Positions 1-13,717 of a DNA stretch of 64,000 nucleotides are shown one piece after another; position 1 is the stretch's first letter, and the number at the start of each line of letters is the position of its first letter. Under the pieces are notes generated by a model, which saw only the letters and a list, made by a program, of their open reading frames with translations, did no database searches and was not told the origin of the DNA. Origin of the DNA: the human T2T-CHM13v2.0 reference genome, Homo sapiens; assembly GCF_009914755.1 (NCBI RefSeq), contig NC_060941.1, one strand, 5' to 3'. Both the position numbers and the translations under genes were made by a program.

Positions 1-2258
1 CAGTGAAAATTATAAAACATTGATGCAGGAAATTAAAGAAAATAGACATAAATGAAAGGACATCCTGTGTTCATGGATTGGAATAATTAATATAGTTAAA
101 ATGTGCATACCACCTACCACCCAAAGTGATCCACAAATTCAGTGCAATCCCTATCAAAATCCCGATGGCATTCTTTACAAAAACGAAAAAATAATCCCAA
201 AATTTGTATGGAATCACAAAAGATCCTGAATAGCCAAGCAATTTTGAACAAGAACAAAGCGGGAGGCATTACACTTCTTGATTTCAAATATCACAAAGCT
301 ACAGTAATCAAAATATTATGGTACTGATATAAAACAGATATATAGACCAATCGAACAAAATAGAGAGCCCAGAAATAAATTCATTCATTTATAATCAACA
401 GATCTTCAACAAGGGTGCCAAAAACACACAATGGAGAAAGGCTAATCTCTTTAATAACTGGTGTTTAAAAAAACTGAAGATTCACATACAGGAGAATAAA
501 ACTGGACTCTCACCTCACTCCATACACAAAAATCAACTTAAAATGGATTAAAGACATACATGTAAGACCCAAAGCCATAAAACTACTAGAAGAAAACATA
601 GGGAAAAAAACTTCTTAACATTGGTCTGGCCAATGATTTTTTTGGATATGACACCAAAAGCATAGGCAATAATTCTAAAAATAAGTGAGATTGCATCAAA
701 CTAAAAAGCTTCTGCATAACAAAGGAAACAATAAAGCCAGGGTGAAAAGGAAAGCTATAGAATGGGAGGAATATTTGCAAATCATATATCTAACAAGAAG
801 TTAATATCCAAAATATATAAGGAACTCAAACAACTTAATAGCAAAGAAACAAATAACCCAAGTTTAAAATGGGCTAAGTACTTGAATGACATTTCTCAAA
901 AGAAGTCATACAAATGGCCAATAGGTATATGAAAAGGTGGTCATTATTAACTATCAGAGAAATGCAAAGCAAAACCACAGTTAGATATCCCCTCACACTT
1001 GTTAGGATGGCTATTATCAAAAAGACAAAAGATAACAAGTATGGGCAAGGATGCGAAGAAAAGGGAAGCCTTGTACATTGTTGGTAGAAATGTATGTTGG
1101 TACAGCCATTAGGGAAAACAGTATGGAGTCCTTAAAAATTAAAAATAGAACTACCATATGATCCAGCAAGACTACTTCTAGGTATATATTCAAAGAAAAT
1201 GAAATCAGTTTCTCAAAGAGACAACTGCACCCCCATGTTTATTGCAGCATTATTCACAATTGCCAAGATATGGAAATGGGAAACAACTTAAGTGTCCATC
1301 AGTAAATGAATGGTTAAAGAAGACGTTACATACATAATAGAAAACTATTCAGCCTTTAAAAAGAAGAAAATCCTGCCATTTGCAACAACACAAATGAACC
1401 TGGAGGACTGATATGATTTGGATCTGTGTCCCCACCCAAATCTCATGTCTAATTCTAATCCCCAATGTTGGAGGAGGGGCCTGGTGGGAAGTGATTGGAT
1501 TATGGGGGAGGTTTCTCATGTTTTAACACCATCTCCCTTGGTGCTGTTGTGCTGATAATGAGTTCTCATGAGACCTGGTTGTTTAAAAATGTGTGGCACC
1601 TTCCCCTCTCTCTTCCTCTTGCTCTGGCCATGTAAAGTGCTAGCTCCCCCTGCACCTTCCACCATGATTATAAGTTTCCTGAGGCCTCCCCAGAAGCAGA
1701 TGCCACCATGCTTCCTGTACAACCTGCAGAACTGTGAACCAATTAAACCTCTTTTTTTAATGAGTTACCCAGTCTCAGGAATTTCTTTATGGCAAAGTAA
1801 GAATGGACTAGTACAAGGACATTATGTTAAGTGAAATAAGCCAGACACAGAATGACAAATACCGCATTATCTCACTTATATGTGGAATCTAAAAATGTCA
1901 AACTCATAAAAACAAATAATAGAATGATGGCTGCCATTGCTGAAGGGTGGGAGGAAATGAGGAGGTGTTGGCCAAAGGACATAAAGGTCCGGTTATGTGG
2001 GATAAATAAGTTCCAGAAATCTAATGTACATTATGGTGACTATAGTTAATAATAGTTGAAATTTGCCAAGAGGGTAGATTTTTAAGTATCTTCACCACAA
2101 CAAAAAATACTGCAACTATGTGAAGTGATAGGCATGTTAATTTGCTTGATTGCAGTAACCATTTCACAATGTATATATATATACAAATTCATCATGTTTT
2201 ACACCTTAAATATATACAATTTTTATTTGTCAAGTATACCTCCATAAAGCTAGAGGAA
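1..2258 (+). mobile_element. LINE-1 3' portion (L1MA8/9-like): decayed ORF2 C-terminus and 3' UTR, interrupted by an MST LTR
   Basis: 1226-1273 translates CTPMFIAALFTIAKIW (L1 ORF2p C-terminal motif). L1MA-type 3' UTR ends ~2258. Many stops and frameshifts. Confidence 0.9.
1409..1815 (+). mobile_element. MSTA-like solo LTR (ERVL-MaLR) inserted in the L1
   Basis: Begins TGATATGATTTGGATCTGTGTCCCC, ends GGACTAGTACA. Perfect 5-bp TSD AGGAC at 1404-1408 and 1816-1820. Confidence 0.93.
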
Positions 2259-2399
2259 AGTATTTTAAGAAAGCATGCTGTCATTTTCTTGTGAATTTAA
2301 TGATCTCTCTCACTTCACTTTTTTATTGTTAATGTCATATGGGCTTATTATAGGGAAAAAAAGTATAAAGTCTAGATAAAGTAAAAAGTACAGCAGACA

Positions 2400-4680
2400 A
2401 AGCTAATATATAAATTAAAATGGAACACTAAAACAAACAAAGTTAACCACAAAGAAGGCCGAGAAGGAGGTACAAATGCACGAGAAACAGAGGACACAAA
2501 CAGAAAACAAATAGGAAAATGATAGATCAATTCTAGCCATATCAATAAGTACGCAAAATACCAATGGACTAAATCTTTCAGTTAAAAGGTGGAGGTTATC
2601 AGCTACAAATATAGATCGAGCACTTTTTAAAAGGCTTAAAATGAGCCTGAGCAACATAGAGAGACCTCGTCTCTACAAAAAATTAAATTAGCCTGGCATA
2701 GTGGTGCACTCCTATAGTCTCAGCTACTCAGGAGGCTGAGCTGGGAGGATCGCTCAAGCCCAAGAGTTCAAGGTTGCAGTGAGCTGTGATCACACCACTC
2801 CACTCTGGCCTGAGCAACAAAGTTGGACCCTGTCTCTAAAAAACAAAAGGCTTAAAAATGATACCATGCTAACAATAAGCATAAGAAGGCTAGATGGGTT
2901 ACATTAATGAAAATAAATTAGACTTGAAGACAATGGATATTAACAGAAATAAAGAGTAACATCACGTAATATTAAAAGATTTAATTTTTAGGAAAATATA
3001 TAATTCGCAAGCATAAAGGGCCTAAGAGAAGAACTTCACAATACATAAGGAAAAAGCCAAAAGAATTAAAGGGAGAAATCTATAATCATAGTTGGAAATT
3101 CTAACACCCCTCCCTTGACAACTGATAGAACAAGTCAAGAGAAAATCTGAATAACATCATTAACTACTTTGTCCTAATAGCCATTTATAGAACACTAAAT
3201 TCAACAACTGCCAAATACTCATTCTTTTCAAGTTTACATGACATATTCACCAAGATAGATCATGTGCTGGGCCATTTTTTTAAAAGTCTTCATACATTTC
3301 AAAAGATTGAAACTTGCTGAATATGTTTTCTGACCACACGGAACTAAATTAAAAATTGATGACAATAAGATATATGGGAAAATCCCCCAAATATTTGGAA
3401 ATTAAACAATACATTTCTAAATATTCTATAGGTCAAAGTAGAAATCACAAAGCACATTTTAAAATATTTCAAACTGAACAGTAATGAAGAAACAAATATC
3501 AAAATTTGTGAACTATAGCTAAAATAAAGCTTAGAGAAAATTTGTAGCTTTAATATGCTTATATTAAAAAAGACGTTCTCAAATTAATGAACTAAGCTTC
3601 TACCTTACAAAACTTTTTCTTAAAAAGTAATTAAAAGGAAAAATACAAATAATAGCAGAAATTGAGTAAATGGAAAACAGACAAAAAGAAAATTAACAGA
3701 GCTAAAAGATGGTTCTTTGAAAAGATCAATAAAAAAAGAGAAAACACAAGAGAGATCTCTAGAAATCCTACATATATTAAAAGGTTAATAATGGAATATT
3801 AAGAACAACTTTATGCCAATACATTCAACTATTTAAATGAGATGGACATATTTCTGAAAACACAACTTACCAAAATTGACACAAGATGAAATAGAACATT
3901 TGAGTAGAGATTGAATACATCATCAAAAACTTTCCCATGAAAAAATTTCAGGTCCAGGTGGTTTTACTGGTGAATTCTATCAAAACATTCAAAGAAGAAA
4001 TAATTCTACTGGAACTTTTGCAGAAAATAAAGAAAGTAAAATCTTCCCAGTATGCTTTATGAGGCCAACATAACTATGATATCAAAAACTGATAAAGACA
4101 TTACAAAGAAAAGCACAGACTGACATAACTCATGAATATAGAAACAAAAATTCTCTACAAAATACTAGCAAAATAAAATTAGCAGTAACATTGTTGAATT
4201 TTATCTCAGCAATGCAAGGTCTTTTATATTAAGAAATCCTAAAGAATCTATAACATAACTAGAACTAAGCAGTGTATTTATCAAGATCATAATATACGTA
4301 ATCAATACTTAAAGATCAATTGTATTTTTATGTTTAGAGATAAAAATAATAAATAACATTTTTTAAATCCACTTGCAATGATGCCACAAATAATAAATTT
4401 TAAAATAGGTTTAATAACATGTGAACGAAGTGTACGTTGGAAATTAAATATCTCAGGAAGAAATTAAAAGCATCTCTGGGCGAAAGTAAAGAAGACCTAA
4501 ACAAATGAAGACATATATCATGATTATGTAAGCAGAGAATTCCATATTGCTATGACGTCATTTTCTTCCACTCAATATAGAAATTCAATGCAACTGTAAT
4601 CAGAATCCCAACAGGCTTCTTTGTAGAAATTGACAAGCTGGTTCTAAAATTTTTATGGAAATGTGGAAGGCTCAGAAAAT
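2400..4680 (+). mobile_element. Old L1M fragment (decayed ORF2 endonuclease-to-RT region)
   Basis: A-rich, with L1 ORF2-like segments (ACATATTCACCAAGATAGATCATGTGCTGGGCCAT; ACAACTTTATGCCAAT; AAATTGACAAGCTGGTTCTAAAATT). No open frame. Confidence 0.85.
2644..2844 (+). mobile_element. 5'-truncated AluJ
   Basis: Starts mid left arm, J-type right arm. TSD AAAAGGCTTAAAA(A)TG at 2629-2643 and 2845-2860. Confidence 0.9.
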
Positions 4681-4684
4681 GGCA

Positions 4685-5270
4685 ACTTTATTCTTCCAAT
4701 TGTTCAGAAAAACAAAACACCTGTAGTTATCCTCACCTCCTCTCTTCCTTTCAGGCTTCGTGTGTAATCTAGCAGTAAACTTGTGCTGACTCTGCCTTCA
4801 CAATATACTCAGAGTCTAATCACTTCTCACCAATTCTGCCACCACTGCTCGGACTCAAGCTGCCCTTACCGCTCACCTGGGCCATCGTGAAGCCCCCGAA
4901 CGGTCTCCCCACATCCACACCCCGCCTTTCGCTTATTCTTCTTTCGCTCATTCTTAGGTCAGTTCATGTCCCTCCTCTGCTCAGAACCCCAAAACCTTGC
5001 GTGCAATGTCCAGCAAGTGCACCTGTGTGGTGTGCCCCACCCCTCAGTCCCACCCTCCTCCTCCTGACTAGCCACCCGCCAGAAACACCGCCTCTTTATG
5101 CGCCACCAAATGCCAAGCACACTTTGGCCACGGAGACCTTGCAGTTCTGGTGGCCCCTACCTGGAATAATCCTCCTCAGATATCCTCATGCCTCTTCCCC
5201 ACCCTTCAAGATGATGCTGAAAGTCACCTTCTAAGCGAGGCTTGCCTGAGGACCCTCTTAAGACCTCATA
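4685..5270 (+). mobile_element. L2 (L2a-like) LINE fragment
   Basis: Similar to L2 3' region: TCTGCCTTCACAATATACTCAGAGTCTAATCACTTCTCACC...CTCACCTGG. Confidence 0.75.
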
Positions 5271-6096
5271 CCTTCCAGCTGCCCCTTCTCTCCATCCCCT
5301 GCTTCCAGCCCTACACTTGCCACTGGGTCTGCCAACTTCCCAGTCCAGCCCAGGGAGCCCAGGCCTGGCATCACCCAACTGCCCAGCCCATCCCTGGCAT
5401 CATCCAGTTCACCGTCTTTCCCTTAAACACTTGCTGCCTGGACCGCAGCGGCCTCCTTCACTTAAGGCACAGGGCTGCCTGGCCAGGGCAGAAGGAGTGA
5501 AGCGGGGTTAGCCTGCAATGAGCCCTCACCTGACAGAAGAGGAGCCCTCACCTGGCAGGCAGATGGGGTAAAGTAGAGGGAACCTTGAGACACCCCCATG
5601 GAGGGGCCCAGAACCAACCTGTGAAGTTTGTCAGGACTCAAAAGGAATCTGCAATAATTCGACATCCTTGATTTAGATGGATGCTCCTGCACCTCCCGCA
5701 AAAACTGTTTCCTCTCTTTACATCCACCTCTCTCCCCACTCTCTCCCTTGCACTAAGATCCACATCTTCTCTTGGTCTCCTGGCCTCTCCCCCTCCACCC
5801 TTTCACAGTTAGTGGGCTTCGGGATCTTGTATCTCACCCCCAACCCCCAGCCACTCCCTTCCCCAGAAAGACACCGTGATCTGTCATGCATGTGCCCAAA
5901 ATGTACAATTGATTTTTTTCTTAGGAAACTCACCTTCCATCCCTTGTCACACACACTGAGACCCAGGGTATTCTTGCAGAACAAGTTTGCAATGTCCCAG
6001 GTATTGTTCAGAAACAGATGGTACAATGGAAGGTGTTGTCAGAAAACGTGACATGAGAAGTTTGACCAAAAACTGAAAAAGAAAAATGAGTCCCAT

Positions 6097-6441
6097 TGTA
6101 TTAGTCTGTTCTCACACTGCTAATACAGACTGGGTAATTGATAAAGAAAAGAGGTTTAATGAACTTACAGTTCCACATAACTGGGGAGGCCTCACAGTCA
6201 TGGCAGAAGGCAAAGGAGAAGCAAACGCATGTCTTATGTGGTAGCAGGCAAGAGAGTGTGTGCAGGGGAACTCACACTTATAAAACCATCAGCTGTTGTG
6301 AGACTTATTCACTACCATGAGAACAATATGGGGGAAACTGCCCCCATGATTTGATTATCTCCACCTGGCCCTGCCCTTGACATGTGGGGATTATTATAAT
6401 TCAAGGTGAGATTTGGGTGGGGGCACAGCCAAACCATATCA
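6097..6441 (-). mobile_element. THE1 (THE1C/D-like) solo LTR
   Basis: TGTATTAGTCTGTTCTCAC...CAGCCAAACCATATCA. Perfect TSD CCCAT at 6092-6096 and 6442-6446. Confidence 0.92.
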
Positions 6442-6798
6442 CCCATATCACAAAGACCAAACCTGACCTGCCCATTTGCTACCCCCAACCCCAATATCTC
6501 TCCTGTCTGGCTCTGCTCTGCCGCCAGCACCCTGACTGTCCCTCTGTCCTGCCAGCCACCCTCTGCCCCATGACCTTTGCAAGTGCTGATCCATCTGCCT
6601 GACCTGCTTTTCCCCAGATACCCACACAGTTCACTTGCTGGCCTCACTCAGGCCTTTGCACTGCCTGGCCTTAGCAGAGAGGATGGCCCAGTGTACAACT
6701 ACAGCATCCCCAGCCCAGCAGTGGAGCCAGGGGACAGGGGACAGGCCAACCCCACCTCTCCTCCTTGATTTTATTTCCTCTGTGACATTTTCACTGCC

Positions 6799-6821
6799 GT
6801 GTGTGTGTGTGTGTGTGTGTG
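6799..6821. repeat. (GT)11 microsatellite
   Basis: Direct reading. Confidence 0.95.
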
Positions 6822-7587
6822 ATCTCCTTGCACTAGAATGAGTGAGAGGACTTCATCTGCTCATGGCTGAGCTGTAGCCCTGATGCCTAGAGCCGTGCCC
6901 AGCCATGCCCAGCAACAGGGCACCTTTCATAAACAACCATGAACTGAGCAGCCGCTGTCAGCATCACTCCACCGGTGTCGCCTGCAGAAAGCCTGACACA
7001 TCCATGGGAATGGCTCCCAGGAACAACACATTCCCCTGAAAATGGGTGAGTTCCTCTCTCCCATAGCCTCCAGTTGCCCCTTTGACCCTCCTCTGCCTCA
7101 ACACAGTGCGAGGTCTCTGCACAGGAAAGCAGCAATGAGACCCACAGCACAGCAGCTGCCACTCATGTCAGCAATGCCTCCAGCTAATTCATGCAACTGC
7201 CGGGGAGGATGCCTTAATACCTCTGCACAAGACAGAGTAATTACGTCTAAACATAGCTGCTTCCACACTGTCTCCATTTCCCGGCACTGGGAAATCTCTG
7301 GCCCAGAGTCAGCTCTCTGCCATCTCCCCCAGCCCCGGGAGCCTGGGGCCATCCCACATCTGTGGGAGCACCAGAGAAGCACATGCCACACAGAGCACCC
7401 CAGCCCACAGGCCCTGCTGCCCCTAACTGCACAAGGTCATGGCACAGCGCATGACCAGGGCCTTGTGGCTCAGGGCTTCGATCCACCTGACCCCTGCCTC
7501 CTCCCCAACCTTCCACCCCACTCTCCAATGGCCCGGGTCACCCTGCCCCACCCCCAACTCACACCTGTCTCCCACCTCCAGGGCCAG

Positions 7588-7850
7588 TGCTGTGGTGGAC
7601 ACAGAGCCCACCTGGGGGTGGAGTGGTAGAGACAGAGCCCACCTGGGGGTGCAGTGGTGGACACAGAGCCCACCTGGGGGTGCAGTGGTGGACACAGAGC
7701 CCACCTGGGGGTGCAGTGGTGGACACAGAGCCCACCTGGGGGTGCAGTAGGAGACACAGAGCCTCCTGGGGGTCCAGCAGGGGACACGGAGCCCATCTCA
7801 GGGTGCAGTGGTGGATGCAGAGCTGGTCTGGGGGTGCAGTAGTGGGCACT
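7588..7850. repeat. 31-bp minisatellite, ~8 copies (GTGGTGGACACAGAGCCCACCTGGGGGTGCA)
   Basis: Copies 1-5 near-identical, the last three degenerate. Confidence 0.95.
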
Positions 7851-8714
7851 GCTAGTCCCTCCGAAGCAACAGTTCTCAGAGTTGGGAGCATCAGGCATGG
7901 TCAGACAGTGTGAGACGAACTGGATGGGCCTATGAATGTGGTCAGGGACACTCAAGATGAGCTCTGCTCATGGCCAGCATGGGACTGGCAAGAGTACCTG
8001 CAGGACAGGGAGCGGTGCAGATGACGTGGGTAATGGAGACCTAGAGCTTAGCTTAGGCTGCACAGTCAGGACCTAACTCACGGGCACGTCCTCCCCAGAG
8101 GCAGGTCACCCAAGAACTGGGCCGCTGAGGTATGAAACAGATGCCTGGGTTTGCATCCTGCTCTCCAGTTACCAAGCTCTCCAGACCCCTGCAATAGCAT
8201 TGTGGGGACAGGCGTGGCCCCACTGCAGAGGCTGGTAAGGAGGCTGTGCCTGAAGCATGTCCAGCAAGCCCCGCAAACAGCAAGTACTCCACGATGTTAG
8301 CTGTGGCTGTGACTCTGTCATCCCTCCACAGGACCTGGCCACCTCTGCCTCGTTGGGGCCGATGGGGGCATGGCAGTACTTCCTGGTATTAGGGTCCAAG
8401 GACACCCCTCAGAGCCATGGCCAGGTATGGAAGCGGTTACATAACTCCGGCAGGGGCTGGGGCTGCTCTCCAAATGTCCCCACGCCATCAAGGTTTCCCA
8501 GCCTCCCTTGCAGGATGCTGGATCCCTGTGGCCAGTGGGTTGCGGGCAGAAATGATACAAGCCGTTTCACACCTGGCCCTTAAAACCCTCTTGCTCCAGC
8601 CTCTCCCACCCACACCTATGCCCCACCACAGCCACCTGTGGTGTTACATTCCAGATGCCATGGCCACAGGATAAGGAAGACAGCTCAATCAGCTTAGCAT
8701 GAGTGAAAAATGTC

Positions 8715-9068
<354 letters not shown>

Positions 9069-9121
9069 TAGCACAGAAGAACCTGGTTTATCCTGACTCA
9101 CCCAACAACTTTGAATGCACC

Positions 9122-9836
<715 letters not shown>

Positions 9837-10559
9837 GTGCCTGTGCAAGGACCTCTCATCATAAAAACAATGTTTCTAGGGAAAGCTTTGCTGGAAATTC
9901 CCAACAACTGATGGTGAATCATCCCCAACTAAACTGGGGGGATTCGATTTTTCCACTCCTTTCTCTCTCTAATCACCCAAAACAGATAAGAAGCAGAAAC
10001 AGAATGAATTAGAGAGTAATGCTGGATGCCCGGGCCGAGGGAGAAGGGCAGAGCTAGGGACCTGTGGGGTGGGCCAGGGACGGGGCTGCTGATGGCAAGC
10101 AAGTTGATTTGCCCTAAGGAACCTCCAAAACTCAGGGAAAGCAGAGGCCCTGGGTACTTTAAAGGCCCAGGGGAGGCCAAGGCACTGGGGGTTCTCATAA
10201 GGATTCTGCACCCTGCCAGCCTCATTGCAGCCACGCCGCTCTCCCACCCACTGAGGCGCATTTCCACTAGGACGTGAACCAGAGAGACCTGGGGCTCAGG
10301 GATGCCAGGCTCACAGAGCAGGGGACAAGCACAGTACTGAAGGACTATTAAACAGAAGTCTCCGGCCCCTCCACTGCCCACCCCAGAACCCAGGACCCAC
10401 CCCAGGCAGATCAGAGGATGCACTTCTGGAGAGACTAAAGCTCCCCAGAGAACAGACCTATAAATACACCGACACTTAGGAGTCACAGTAGAAAGGCAGC
10501 TGTCCACCCATGGCCCCCGAGGGAAGACTGCCATCGACGTCAGCGCCCACCAGTCCCCG

Positions 10560-11008
10560 GCATCTCCAAGCGCCCTGCAGGCTCCAGGGTGGCACCAGCA
10601 TCTCCATGCCTGAAGCTTCTCCTAAAACCTCAGAAGATGGCTCTGCCTCTCGTGGGGGTGACAGGGTCCTGGCCTTTACCCTCGGCCTCTCCAAGAGCCC
10701 TGCACCTGGGACTCGCCTGAGGTGGGGCATAAACACCCCAGCTCCACCAGCGCCATCCAGGCAGGGGATTCCAGGTGTGTGTTCTGCACTGTTCCTCAGA
10801 GGTCCCTGCAGGGTTGAGTTCCAAACACACGCACTGCAGGATTGAGTCACCAAGTCGCCGGTTTGGTGATGCACCCCTTCTTGGCGGCCTTCCCTTCCAG
10901 GGTCCACGTGCCCACTTCCCCTACCAGGGCTTCCTCCACCTCCCCAGTAAACTGCTTTCCCCCAAGCCTTGGCTCAGGGTTGGCTTCTGGAGGAACCTAG
11001 ATAGAGAG
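10560..11008 (+). mobile_element. LTR33-like ERVL LTR
   Basis: GTGTTCTGCACTGTTCCTCAGAGGTCCC, and 3' end CAGTAAACTGC...CCTTGGCTCAGGGTTGGCTTCTGGAGGAACC, resemble LTR33. Confidence 0.65.
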
Positions 11009-11151
11009 GGTCTGTGAGCTCCTGGCCATCAGCTCGATGCTGCAGGTCTTAAACATAAGGGGAAAGACAGACAGCGCCAGAGAGTTGAGAAAAGTCTCCA
11101 GTGGACAACAGCAACCAAAACAACAGACAGGGGAAGATGCGGATCATGTTC

Positions 11152-11362
11152 TGTGGTGCCAGACTCCAAAATGGCTGCCTTCTGGTGGCGACACCCCCGG
11201 GCCGTCCCCTCCCACTGTTCCAGGTTGGTCTCTGTAACTGATGGAGTGTGGCATGCAATGTGACTGGTGATATGGCACTTCCGAGATTAAGCTACAGAAG
11301 ATGCTGCAGCTTCCATCTTGGTTTGTCCTCTCCCTTTCTCCTTTTCTCTCTTGCCCCCTTTC

Positions 11363-11400
<38 letters not shown>

Positions 11401-11935
11401 TCCCCCGCCTCTCTCCCTCCCTCCTTCCCTCCCCCTCCCCCCTCCCTCCCTGTCTCTCTTTCCCTCCCTCTCTCCTTCTCTCTCTGCCTTTCTCTCTTTC
11501 TCTCTGTCTCCCCCTCCCTCTCCCTGTCCATCCTTCTCCCTCTCCTTCTCTGTCTTTCTCTCTGTCTTCTTCCTCTCTCTCTCTCTTTCTCTCTCTTTCC
11601 CCCCCTCCACCACCCCCCATCACTGGCTTTGAGGGAAGCCACCTGCCATGTCAAGCAGCCATATGGAGAGGCTCACGTGCCGAGGAACTGCAGCTCCTGC
11701 CAGCAACCAAGTGGCTGAGCTTGGGAGCAGATCCTTCATCCCCAGTCATGCCCTAGATGCCCCCAGCCCTGGCGAACATATTGACTGCAAATTCACAACA
11801 CACCCCAAGCCAGAACCACCCAGCTAAGCCCAACCAGATCCCCCGCCCATGGAAACTGTGAGATAAAAGCCATTTGCTGTTTTAAACCATTGTGTTTGGG
11901 GGTAATTTGTGACATAGTAATAGATAACTAGTACA
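11152..11935 (+). mobile_element. MLT1F-like LTR with internal CT-rich expansion
   Basis: TGTGGTGCCAGACTCCAAAATGGC...GCCAGAACCACCCAGCTAAGCC...GTAATAGATAACTAGTACA. Confidence 0.8.
11326..11618. repeat. CT-rich polypyrimidine tract
   Basis: ~290 bp of almost only C/T. Source of the S/L/P-rich and R/E/G-rich ORFs. Confidence 0.95.
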
Positions 11936-12107
11936 AGTGTATGCTTTACAAAGAGAAGAAAACTTCAAAGAATCCATTAATATTGTCACAGAGATGAGAA
12001 AAGATACTACATCCATGAAACAAGAAGAAATAGAGAACAAGAATGTTTGCAAGTTAAATATAATAACATAAGCTGGGGTCAATAGAAGTGTTAGAAAATA
12101 AAATTGA

Positions 12108-12194
12108 TGCTTGAGCCCAGGAGGTCAAGGCTGCAGTGAGTTATGATTGTACCAGTGCACTCCAGCTGGGGTGACAAAGCAAGATCCTGTCTGG
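12108..12194 (+). mobile_element. 5'-truncated AluJ/FRAM right-arm end
   Basis: TGCTTGAGCCCAGGAGGTCAAGGCTGCAGTGAG...CAAGATCCTGTCT. Confidence 0.85.
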
Positions 12195-12455
12195 AAAGAA
12201 AGAGAGAGAGAGAGAGAGAAAGAGAGTGTGGGATAGGTGCAGAAGAAAGGAAAGGAAAAGGAAAGGAGAGGGGAGGGGAGGGGGAAAAGAAAGAGAGAAA
12301 GAGAGGAAGGAAAGGAAAAGGAAAGGAGAGGAGAGGAGAGGAGAGGAGAGGAGAGGAAAGGAGAGGAAAGGAAAGGAAAGGAAAGGAAAGGAAAGGAAAG
12401 GAAAGGAAAGGAAAGGAAAGGAAAGGAAAGGAAAGGGAAAAGGGAAAAAGAAAGA
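12195..12455. repeat. Compound (GA)n/(GGAGA)n/(GGAAA)n microsatellite derived from the Alu tail
   Basis: Long perfect GGAAA run at ~12365-12434, preceded by GGAGA repeats. Confidence 0.95.
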
Positions 12456-13596
12456 TTGAGAACATTTCCCAGGAAGCAGGACAAAAAGGCAAAGAAATGT
12501 ACAGTCGTTTTTTGTTTGTTTTAACTGAAGAGTTAGGTAATGAAGCCAGGAGTTCCAGCATTTGATAAACAGAAGTTCCAGAGAGAACAGAGAAAATTAA
12601 GGGAATAAAATTATCAAAGAAATAATACCATAAATGTCCCCAGAACTGAAAGGCATTAAGTCTTCAGGTTTAAGACCATTCCAAGTGTCCAAACAATGAA
12701 AACTATAGGCACACCTTTATGACATTTCAGAACACCAAGGATAAAAGCTTCCAGAGAGAAGAAAATGGGGCCATATAATAGGATCAAAAGCTGAATGTCA
12801 TCACCATTTTCTACAGCAGCATGGAAATCAGAATTTAGTGGGAAAAAAAATGCCTTCGAAATTCTAGGTAAAAATAATTTCAAACCCAGGATTCTGTACT
12901 CAACCAGACTCGTTAACTGAACATGAGAACAGAATAAAGAGGCTTAGGATATTATAAGAGAATGTGCTCCACTAAGGCCAAGCAGTAAACAAAAAGATAA
13001 AGCTGCTAGATCCAGGAACATGCACGTCGGCACAGGGGTGAGCAAAGAAAAGTCCTGGATGAGAGCCCTGCAGCTGCCTTAACGGTAACCTGTGAGTGCC
13101 AGGGCACAGGTCTGAGGGCCCCAGGACAACTTCCCCAGGCAGAAAAGAGGGCTAAGATGTGTTGACTACGTGGAAGGTTGTATGAAAAGGCATGTTGGAA
13201 GATGTACAAAACCCTAAGCCATTATTAACTCCAGGATAAACAGAAAGTTGTACAACAAAAAAGAAAAATGTTACAGTTATCATTGTTATAGTAAGAAAAA
13301 CCTTAATGTAGATTTAACGAAGATTGAGATTTCATTGTTTAGGTGTAAGTGAGATAAAAACCCGATCTACCATAAAAGAAAGCTTAAAGATGAAGTGTAA
13401 AAATAATGAATCGATAGCTTCGAGTGCATAAGCAATGTTCAGAAATGCAGAGGTTAATTCCGGAAGAAACAGCTAGCAGTAGAAGAATAGGCAGAAGTAG
13501 GAAGGGGGAAAGAGAATGCTGGTGTTTATTATAAATTTGGAGCACAATTTCAATTTTAAAACTATTTGCATGTCGTGGTTTTTTTTTTTAAAGTTA

Positions 13597-13717
13597 GCTG
13601 GATTTCCAGCACTTCGGGAGGCTGAGGTGGAAGTCTTGCTTGAGACCAGGAGTTTGAGGCCAGCCTAGGCAACATAGCAGGACCCTGTCTCTACCACCAA
13701 AAAAAAAAAAAAAAAAA
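13597..13717 (+). mobile_element. FLAM_C-like Alu monomer
   Basis: Left monomer plus A tail, flanked by AAAGTTA on both sides. Confidence 0.85.

Larger units (their letters stand above)
11945..13000 (+). mobile_element. Ancient L1/HAL1 ORF1-region remnant
   Basis: GAAGTTCCAGAGAGAACAGAGAAAAT, ATCAAAGAAATAATA...CCCAGAACTGAAAG, TTTCAGAACACCAAGGATAAA, AATGCCTTCGAAATTCT. Confidence 0.6.

Noticed and set aside
1-4680. Possible active LINE-1
   Set aside because: Two separate old fragments with many stops and deletions and no 5' UTR promoter.
7588-7850. CRISPR-like periodicity (also 49348-49517)
   Set aside because: Contiguous tandem units without unique spacers, no cas genes, and a eukaryotic context.
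11144-11756. Overlapping 100-160 aa ORFs (R/E/G-rich, S/L/P-rich)
   Set aside because: Translations of a CT microsatellite, which has no stops in most frames. The same applies at 12.1-12.5, 16.1-17.0, 18.0-18.4 and 62.5-63.2 kb.
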